Source: Rickettsiales bacterium
GTDB lineage: Bacteria > Pseudomonadota > Alphaproteobacteria > Rickettsiales > UBA3002
Direction of reading: 5' to 3'
DNA length: 64,000 bases
Assembly (NCBI GenBank): GCA_046154225.1
Contig: JBJXEM010000006.1
Coordinates: 46,124-110,123, forward strand
Below are positions 56,480 through 64,000 of the stretch, piece after piece. How positions within the stretch are numbered: the first letter of the stretch is position 1; each line of letters begins with the position of its first letter. The notes under the pieces are model-generated. The model was not told where the DNA came from. It worked only from the letters and a program-made list of their open reading frames with translations, and did not search any database. A program made the translations under genes and the position numbers.

Positions 56480-56938
56480 ATGGCCTATTCGTTCGACACT
56501 AAACCCGTCATCGACACGTTAAACCGCATTCTCGAGGCCGAGCTTGCGGGCGTCGTGCGCTACATGCATTACTCGCTCATGGTGTTCGGTTATAACCGCA
56601 TCCCCATTGTTTCGTGGTTGCGTGAACAGGCGACCGAATCGATGGGCCACGCGCAACAAGCGGGTGAGCTGATTACCCATTTCGGCGGCCACCCTTCGCT
56701 TGGCATTGGCGCGCTGCTGGAATCACACAACCACGATATTGGCGATATTCTGCGCGAGTCGCTGGCGCATGAGCAGGCGGGGCTGCAGCTCTATGTCGAT
56801 CTGCTAGCGTTGGTTGAAGGCAAATCGGTGATGCTGGAGGAATACGCCCGCACGTTGATTCAGCAGGAAGAAATGCATCTGGGCGAAGTCGACAAAATGC
56901 TACGTAAACCCGGGGCGATTGATAAGTTTACGGAATAG
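56480..56938 (+). CDS. bacterioferritin-family (ferritin-like di-iron) protein
   Basis: VIDTLNRILEAELAGVVRYMHY..., ...ESMGHA..., ...LAHEQAG... and ...QQEEMHLGEVD align by eye with Bfr helices A-D, including a Met at the heme-ligand position. The first ExxH is shifted (ESMGH). Confidence 0.6.
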   Translation: MAYSFDTKPVIDTLNRILEAELAGVVRYMHYSLMVFGYNRIPIVSWLREQATESMGHAQQAGELITHFGGHPSLGIGALLESHNHDIGDILRESLAHEQAGLQLYVDLLALVEGKSVMLEEYARTLIQQEEMHLGEVDKMLRKPGAIDKFTE

Positions 56939-56959
56939 TCCCGCTTTCGCGGGAAAGAC
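56938..56959. repeat. solo hairpin resembling one arm of the GTCATTCCCGCG...GGGAAT element family
   Basis: GTCCCGCTTTCGCGGGAAAGAC has stem TCCCGC/GCGGGA. It lies at the bfr-like stop and has no U-tract. Confidence 0.5.
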
Positions 56960-57156
56960 AAACAGAGCTACTCCAAAATCGTGCAAGCAGTCAGTTAGGC
57001 CTGTAAATGCACTCAAGCAGTGTTATTCAAAGCTCTCCCAGTTTGTTACAAATAGATGACGAAAATGCGCGTGGTGAAAGGCAATATTTCACCAAATCGT
57101 CGCAATTTGGGACGTAGCCTGATGTATACTGGAGGCGAATCACAGGGCATCATGCT

Positions 57157-57849
57157 ATGACTGAGTCGCCGGACAACGTAGTACAAGAAATAGAAATACA
57201 TAAGCCAAAGCTTGTGATTTTCGAAGATGAAGCCACGCAGCTGGTAAAATTTCGCCAAACCTATGAAGCGATGGGGTTTGACGTAATCCCCGTGCTGGTG
57301 GCACAGCATTGTGATGACAAATATGTAAAAGACGGCCATATCAACGCGGACGCCGTGCGCCACGATACGATTAACATGCCCGAAGATTCGACATCGAACT
57401 TGCTTGATATGCGCGAGATTGATTTAGCGGTGCGCTCGAAATCGGAAGTGCGCGAACTTCTGGCGACCATCAAACCGGATTATGTTCTCTCGGATTTAGC
57501 GATGCGCATGCCACTGAACAGAGAGGCACCGGAAGAAGATAATATTGCGGATGACGATGTGGTGCGCGGCACGGATGTCATGGCCATCGTCAAGGAGTTG
57601 GCGCCTAAAACGCCGCGCGCCATTCACACGACCGATTTTAACGGCTTACTGTACGCAAACGTTCCCAACAATCCTGAAAGACAGGCGGCCATGCGCGAGT
57701 CCGGCCAAAACAAACTTCGTGCGGCACAGGAGCTCGGTCGTCGCGAAGGATATTTGATAATGCCTAAAGACCGCGACGATCACACCAGCACTGAGGCGAT
57801 TGCCGAGCATTTTCGCAGCCAGCAGGAAAAAATAGTGCCACTAATGTAA
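57157..57849 (+). CDS. degenerate receiver (CheY-like REC) domain protein with a large internal insertion, 230 aa
   Basis: KLVIFEDEATQL (acidic pocket), PDYVLSDLAMRMP (phospho-acceptor Asp context), GTDVMAIVKEL, PRAIHTTDF (Thr) and GYLIMPKD (Lys). About 50 extra residues lie between beta2 and beta3. No output domain. Confidence 0.5.
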   Translation: MTESPDNVVQEIEIHKPKLVIFEDEATQLVKFRQTYEAMGFDVIPVLVAQHCDDKYVKDGHINADAVRHDTINMPEDSTSNLLDMREIDLAVRSKSEVRELLATIKPDYVLSDLAMRMPLNREAPEEDNIADDDVVRGTDVMAIVKELAPKTPRAIHTTDFNGLLYANVPNNPERQAAMRESGQNKLRAAQELGRREGYLIMPKDRDDHTSTEAIAEHFRSQQEKIVPLM

Positions 57850-57915
57850 TATCGGTAAAACTTTTTAGGGCTTTCGTGAATCAACAGCCTTGCTGCGTCC
57901 CGTGTAAATCGCTAT

Positions 57916-57942
57916 AAAACCCGGCCTAACTCCGGGGTTTTT
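57916..57942 (+). terminator. short GC hairpin plus T5 run ending exactly at the leuA ATG
   Basis: AAAACCCGG-CCTAACT-CCGGGGTTTTT, followed by ATG at 57943. It could terminate the upstream REC-like gene and/or occlude the leuA ribosome-binding region. Confidence 0.45.
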
Positions 57943-59532
57943 ATGGCAGACGACCGCATCATCATTTTCGACACCACACTTCGCGATGGAGAGCAGTCTC
58001 CGGGGATGTCAATGACGCGTGAGGAAAAACTCCTCGTGGCGGAACTGCTCGATTCCATGCAGGTCGACGTGATCGAAGCCGGGTTCGCCATGGCGAGCGA
58101 TGGCGATTTCGAGGCGGTACATGCCATTGCGCAGCTTTGCAAAAACACCGTGGTCTGTTCGCTGGCGCGTGCCAAGGAAGCCGATATTCGCCGCGCGGCG
58201 GAAGCCATCAAACCCGCTCGTCGCGGCCGCATTCACACCTTCATGAGCACCAGCGAGATTCATCTGACGCACCAGTTTAAAATCAGTCAGGCGCAAGCGC
58301 TCGAAGTGATTGCCGATGCCGTAAAACTCGCCCGAAGCTTCACCGACAACGTGGAGTGGAGCGCGATGGACGCGACCCGCACGGAGCTGGATTACCTCGT
58401 CAAAGCCGTCGAGACTGCGATCGCCGCCGGGGCCACTACCATCAACCTGCCGGACACCGTGGGCTACGGTACGCCGGAAACCATCGCGCGCATGTTCACC
58501 CACGTGATGGGCAACGCCAAAAACGCTGATAAAGCCGTGTTCAGTTTCCACGGCCAGAATGATTTGGGCTTGGCAACGGCGAACTCGCTGGCGGCGGTGC
58601 AGGCGGGTGCGCGGCAAATTGAATGCACCATCAACGGCATTGGCGAGCGCGCCGGGAACACAAGCCTCGAGGAAGTGGTGATGGCGCTGAAAGTGCGGCG
58701 CGATGTGTTTGGCCTGACCTGCGATGTGAAAAGCGAATACCTCATGCGCGCCAGCCGTTTGGTGACGCAGGTGACCGGGCAAGCGGTGCAGGTGAACAAG
58801 GCGATTGTGGGCGCGAATGCGTTTGCGCATGAAAGCGGCATCCACCAAGACGGCATGCTGAAAAACCGGGACACGTATGAGATTATGACGCCGGAATCCG
58901 TCGGGGTGACGAAGACGAATCTGGTGATGGGCAAACACTCCGGGCGCGCCGCCTTTAAAGATAAACTCAGCGAATTGGGCCTCGTGCTCGGCGACAACCA
59001 ACTGGAAGACGCATTCGTGCGTTTCAAAACCCTCGCCGATAAAAAGAAAGAAATTTTCGACGAAGATATTCTGGCCCTCGTCGAAACCGAAAGTGCGAAC
59101 GAGCGTTATGCGTTCGCCAGCCTGAACATCGAGTGCGGCACCGAGGGCCCGCAAATGGCGCGGCTTGGCATGGTGATCGACGGCCATGTGCGCACCACCA
59201 AGAAAGAGGGCAATGGCCCGGTGGACGCCATGTTCAAAGCCATTAAATCGCTGGTGCTCGACATGGAAGATGCCGAGCTGAAACTGTATCAGGTGCACGG
59301 CATCACCGGCGGCACCGACGCGCAGGCGGAAGTCACCGTGCGCCTCGCCCGCGACGGCAAACTCGTGACGGGCCATGGTTCCGACGTTGATACGCTGGTG
59401 GCCAGCGCCAAAGCCTACATCAGCGCGCTGAACAAGCTTGAACGTTTCGAGCGGCGGCTGTTGCTGACGGATCAGGATGAGGGGGCGGCGACCCCTTCCA
59501 AAGCTTCCAGAAAAACCAAAGCGGCCAGTTAG
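57943..59532 (+). CDS. leuA: 2-isopropylmalate synthase
   Basis: IIFDTTLRDGEQSPG N-terminus, HMGL-like TIM barrel (HxH region FHGQNDLGLATAN) and the C-terminal LeuA regulatory domain. Confidence 0.92.
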   Translation: MADDRIIIFDTTLRDGEQSPGMSMTREEKLLVAELLDSMQVDVIEAGFAMASDGDFEAVHAIAQLCKNTVVCSLARAKEADIRRAAEAIKPARRGRIHTFMSTSEIHLTHQFKISQAQALEVIADAVKLARSFTDNVEWSAMDATRTELDYLVKAVETAIAAGATTINLPDTVGYGTPETIARMFTHVMGNAKNADKAVFSFHGQNDLGLATANSLAAVQAGARQIECTINGIGERAGNTSLEEVVMALKVRRDVFGLTCDVKSEYLMRASRLVTQVTGQAVQVNKAIVGANAFAHESGIHQDGMLKNRDTYEIMTPESVGVTKTNLVMGKHSGRAAFKDKLSELGLVLGDNQLEDAFVRFKTLADKKKEIFDEDILALVETESANERYAFASLNIECGTEGPQMARLGMVIDGHVRTTKKEGNGPVDAMFKAIKSLVLDMEDAELKLYQVHGITGGTDAQAEVTVRLARDGKLVTGHGSDVDTLVASAKAYISALNKLERFERRLLLTDQDEGAATPSKASRKTKAAS

Positions 59533-59534
59533 CT

Positions 59535-59613
59535 GTCACCCCGGCGAATGCCGGGGGCCGCGCACTACGTAATAGCTGAAAGTGCACAGACCCCGTGATA
59601 AACACGGGGTGAC
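59535..59613. repeat. MITE-like double-hairpin element, GTCACCCC...GGGGTGAC termini
   Basis: GTCACCCCGGCGAATGCCGGGG (stem CCCCGGC/GCCGGGG) ... CCCCGTGATAAACACGGGGTGAC. The architecture parallels the GTCATT family. Confidence 0.7.
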
Positions 59614-59703
59614 ATCGTCTGGGTTTCGTAAAGAATGAAGTGACCGCACATTCCCTGTTGGAGACTCGCACATTCCCCTTGCGTGGGGGTGGTGGCGGCC
59701 TAA

Positions 59704-60843
<1,140 letters not shown>

Positions 60844-60888
60844 TGTAATTCTTCTTGAGCTTGTCTCAAGCAGTGCCATAGTCGCGCC

Positions 60889-61716
60889 ATGAGCAGGGAT
60901 CGGTACAGTTATAGCTATGGCAGCAGCGCCGCGCCAAAATTGTGGTGGCAGCGGGTGGTGACGTGGGTGTTGGTGCTGGTGGCCGTGCTGCTGCTGGTGC
61001 TGGCGCGCCAGCCATTTACGAGCGGTATCCGCGAGCGGTTGCTGGCCACGCTTACCCCGGCTTTGTCGCTGGTGTCGCAGCCGGTGCATATGTTTCGTGG
61101 GCTGGTGGCCGACAAGGACGCGTTCTTTGCCGCGATCGACGAAAATAAAATGCTGCGCGAGGAAAATGAAACGCTGCGGCACTGGCAGGCAGTGGCACTG
61201 GCGCTGAAGGCCGAAAACGAATCACTGCGTGCTTTAAGCGGTTACCAGCCGGTCGAGAATGTGAAATACGTGACGGCACGCGTGGTGGGCCAAAGCGCGC
61301 GCGGCTATGGCGCCACGATCACCATCAACGCGGGCACAAGCGAAGGCATCGCGCCGTACCAGCCGGTGGTGGATAGCGAAGGGCTGATCGGGCGGATTAC
61401 GACCGTGAGTGCCAATGCGGCACAGGTACTGCTATTGTCGGATGCCACAAGCCGCGTGCCGGTCATCACCGGCACCACGCGCCAGCATGCGCTGCTTTCG
61501 GGCACCGGCGAGGATTTGCTGCGCCTGACATTTCTCGAGGGTGATGCGCGCGCCATGACGCTAGGCGAGCCGGTCGCCACCACCGAGGAAGGGGCGCTGA
61601 TTCCCGGCGGTATTTTAGTAGGGAAAATATTCCGTCGCGATGCGCAGGGGTTGCTCGTGAAACCGCCGCGCCCACTCGCTAGCGCCGAATATGTACGGGT
61701 GGTGGTGAGTAAATGA
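60889..61716 (+). CDS. mreC: rod-shape-determining protein MreC
   Basis: N-terminal TM helix, coiled-coil (ENKMLREENETLRHW) and beta-barrel domains. Positioned between mreB and mreD. Confidence 0.85.
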   Translation: MSRDRYSYSYGSSAAPKLWWQRVVTWVLVLVAVLLLVLARQPFTSGIRERLLATLTPALSLVSQPVHMFRGLVADKDAFFAAIDENKMLREENETLRHWQAVALALKAENESLRALSGYQPVENVKYVTARVVGQSARGYGATITINAGTSEGIAPYQPVVDSEGLIGRITTVSANAAQVLLLSDATSRVPVITGTTRQHALLSGTGEDLLRLTFLEGDARAMTLGEPVATTEEGALIPGGILVGKIFRRDAQGLLVKPPRPLASAEYVRVVVSK

Positions 61717-61720
61717 GACA

Positions 61721-61808
61721 GGATTCAGCATTCAGCATTCAGCATTCAGCACGAAGCCGCGCGAGCCTATTCTTGAGCCCTCAATCCCGAATCCCAAATC
61801 CCGAATCC
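61721..61808. repeat. paired heptamer arrays (ATTCAGC x4 and AATCCCG/AATCCCA x4) between mreC and mreD
   Basis: GGATTCAGCATTCAGCATTCAGCATTCAGC ... CAATCCCGAATCCCAAATCCCGAATCC. The arms are only about 60% complementary and share a GATTC core. The element ends 2 nt before the mreD ATG. Confidence 0.85.
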
Positions 61809-61810
61809 TG

Positions 61811-62311
61811 ATGCGCTCCGTCTCCGACATGCTGCTGCTTGCCGCGCCGACATTTATTGGGGTGCTGCTGCTGTTGTTGTTTGCGATGCCGCTGGAGAGT
61901 GTTCTGCCATTTTCCCTCGCGCCGAATGTGTGTTTTGTGATGACGCTGGTGGTAGCCACGTTTTGCCCGCCCGCCTGGCCGCGCGGGGTGGCGTTTGGGT
62001 TGGGCCTCGCGCAGGATGTCATTTCCGGCACGCCGCTCGGGGCGCAGGCGTTGCTCGGGTTGCTGCTGGTGGGCATGGTTGCCGCCAACGCACGTCGCCA
62101 GCAGCACCAGTTATTTCGGGTACGCTGGATGGAAGCGGCGGGTGTGTTTCTGGCCCTGCATTTTGTGTTGTGGCTGCTGGTACGCGCAACCACGGGTCAG
62201 GCCCCATCGCCTGAGGCGATGCTGAGTGCGGGCGTGGTGAGCGGTTTGTGGTATCCGCTGTTTTATGTGCTATTGCGGCCCTTTGCCGACGCGACAACAG
62301 GAGCGGCTTGA
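61811..62311 (+). CDS. mreD: rod-shape-determining protein MreD
   Basis: 166-aa polytopic membrane protein in the mreBCD position. Its stop overlaps the mrdA start (TGATG). Confidence 0.8.
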   Translation: MRSVSDMLLLAAPTFIGVLLLLLFAMPLESVLPFSLAPNVCFVMTLVVATFCPPAWPRGVAFGLGLAQDVISGTPLGAQALLGLLLVGMVAANARRQQHQLFRVRWMEAAGVFLALHFVLWLLVRATTGQAPSPEAMLSAGVVSGLWYPLFYVLLRPFADATTGAA

Positions 62312-64000
62312 TGCGCGGGTCGGCACTTGAACGCAGCGTCAGCCGCCGGGCGATGATTTTTGGCGGCATTCAGGGTGCTGCGGGCGTGGCGCTACTAAGC
62401 CGCCTTTATTTTTTGCAGTTCGTGCATGGGGCCGAATTCACCACGCTCGCCGAAGGCAACCGCATCAAGCTGCAATTATTGATTCCGGCGCGTGGCATCA
62501 TCGCCGACCGTTTTGGCGTGCCGATGGCCGGTAACCAGGTGAATTATCGCCTCGTGCTGGAAGGCGACGACCGCCGTGCCGCGCGCGAAAGTTTGAAAAT
62601 TTTGGCACCGCTGATGCAGTTGCGCGATGCAGAAATAAAGCAGCTCACCGACGCGATTCGCCGCGCGAAGGTGGGCATCCCGATTCTGGTGCGCGAGCAT
62701 TTAAGCTGGGACGAAGTGGCGCGCATTCAGTTTCATTTGCCCGACTTGGCCGCCGCCTCGATCGACGAAGGCCAGTGGCGGAATTATCCGTTCGCCGACC
62801 ATGCGAGCCACCTGATTGGCTATATCGGCAAACTGAGCGAAGACGAAATCGACGACGACGACCCGTTATCGAAACATCCCGACATGAAAATCGGTAAAAA
62901 CGGCGTCGAGCAACTGTATGACGAGCAGCTACGCGGCATCGCCGGCAGCCGCCAGATCGAAGTGAACGCCACCGGCTCACCGGTGCGCGAACTGGGCAAA
63001 AAAGACGCCGAGCGTGGGGAAACTTTGCCACTCGCTATCGACAGCCGCCTGCAGGAATTCTGTGTCGCACGCTTGGGCGACGAATCGGGCGCGATTGTGG
63101 TGATGGATGTCGATAACGGCGAAGTGCTGGCGCTTGCTTCGGTGCCCGCGTTCGACCCGAATGAATTCAGTAAAGGCATTAAAAGCGATTATTGGAAAGC
63201 GCTGAACGCCAACCCCAAAGCGCCGCTGCTCAACAAAGCCATCGCGGGGCAATACCCGCCGGGCTCGACGTTCAAAATGATGACGGGACTGGCAGGATTG
63301 AAATCCGGCAAATTCACGGCCGACAGCCACGTGCATTGCAACGGCACGTTTTACTTGGGCAGCAAACCCTTTACCTGCTGGAAGGTTGAAGGGCATGGAA
63401 CGCTCGATATGGCACAGGCGCTCGAACAATCGTGCGACGTGTTTTTTTATACCGTAGCGCGTGAAATCGGCATCGAAGCGCTGGCGGCGATGGCGCATGA
63501 TTGCGGGCTCGGCGCCAAGTCGGGCCTTGGCCTGCGCGGCGAGCAGCCGGGCATTGTGCCAAGCCCCGAATGGAAGAAAAAGGCGCGCCACGAACCGTGG
63601 TATCCGGGCGAGACCATCAACAGCGCCATCGGCCAGGGCGACACGTTATGCACCCCTATTCAAATGGCCATCATGACGGCGCGGCTGGTGAATGGCGGCA
63701 AAAAAATCCTGCCCAAATTGCTGACCACGGAAGAAACCAAACTCGAGGGCGCGATTGACGTGTCGCCCGAACATCTGGCGGTGATTCTCGACGGAATGAA
63801 CCGCGTGACGAATAGCCCGCGCGGCACGGCGCATGCGGCAGCAATTAAAGAGGTGGGCTACGAATATGGCGGCAAAACTGGTACCAGTCAGGTGCGCAAG
63901 CTGTTGGTGCACGGGCAGGACCAGAATAAAATTCCGTGGGAGTTTCGTCACCATGCGTGGTTCGTGGGGTATGCGCCCGTGAATAAACCGCGCTATTGCT
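62311..64000 (+). CDS. mrdA: penicillin-binding protein 2 (elongasome transpeptidase), 3' end beyond the window
   Basis: Not in the ORF track because no stop falls inside the window. Translation from ATG 62311 reads MRGSALERSVSRRAMIFGG...IPARGIIADRFGVPMAGN..., with PPGSTFKMMT (SxxK) and GGKTGTSQV (KTG). Confidence 0.88.
   Translation, partial: MRGSALERSVSRRAMIFGGIQGAAGVALLSRLYFLQFVHGAEFTTLAEGNRIKLQLLIPARGIIADRFGVPMAGNQVNYRLVLEGDDRRAARESLKILAPLMQLRDAEIKQLTDAIRRAKVGIPILVREHLSWDEVARIQFHLPDLAAASIDEGQWRNYPFADHASHLIGYIGKLSEDEIDDDDPLSKHPDMKIGKNGVEQLYDEQLRGIAGSRQIEVNATGSPVRELGKKDAERGETLPLAIDSRLQEFCVARLGDESGAIVVMDVDNGEVLALASVPAFDPNEFSKGIKSDYWKALNANPKAPLLNKAIAGQYPPGSTFKMMTGLAGLKSGKFTADSHVHCNGTFYLGSKPFTCWKVEGHGTLDMAQALEQSCDVFFYTVAREIGIEALAAMAHDCGLGAKSGLGLRGEQPGIVPSPEWKKKARHEPWYPGETINSAIGQGDTLCTPIQMAIMTARLVNGGKKILPKLLTTEETKLEGAIDVSPEHLAVILDGMNRVTNSPRGTAHAAAIKEVGYEYGGKTGTSQVRKLLVHGQDQNKIPWEFRHHAWFVGYAPVNKPRYC

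Overview
GC-rich (about 60% by eye) chromosomal segment with alphaproteobacterial hallmarks: a circularly permuted two-piece tmRNA gene with an ANDN...LAA tag, an alpha-type SspB adaptor, ThyX, a 1588-aa NAD-glutamate dehydrogenase, hflKC-degP, ilvIH-ilvC-leuA and mreBCD-mrdA. About 50 protein genes are supportable and most are housekeeping. Two kinds of accessory material are interleaved with them. (1) AT-richer ORFs with no family I can recognise. These include 704-, 297-, 828- and 644-aa proteins and several small secreted, membrane or acidic proteins wedged inside the ilv-leu gene string. Related accessory genes are a lipase-3-like protein, a lone pilin-like gene and a degenerate receiver-domain protein. 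(2) At least three families of structured repeats: (a) hairpins whose arms are tandem heptamer arrays (GGGTNTA, GTGAGTG, ATTCAGC, GAGTCGA units); (b) nested GTCATT...AATGAC MITE-like palindromes; (c) a G/C-hairpin-bounded element. Repeat copies sit in frame inside mutL and purH and overlap the stop codons of rluB and mreB, and the purH element shares a roughly 36-nt core with the tmRNA gene. Other notable items are a Cro/YdaS-like HTH reading without a stop into the acetolactate synthase large subunit behind paired CTAAAC palindromes, a C12 homopolymer that puts the pilin leader out of frame, an orphan MotA/MotB pair and a BrnT/BrnA toxin-antitoxin pair. I saw no rRNA, tRNA, CRISPR array, integrase, transposase, reverse transcriptase or recognised multi-gene defence system. 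The candidate novel biology is the repeat/host-gene interplay and the ORFan set, not a clean new operon. All calls come from reading motifs by eye; no searches were run.
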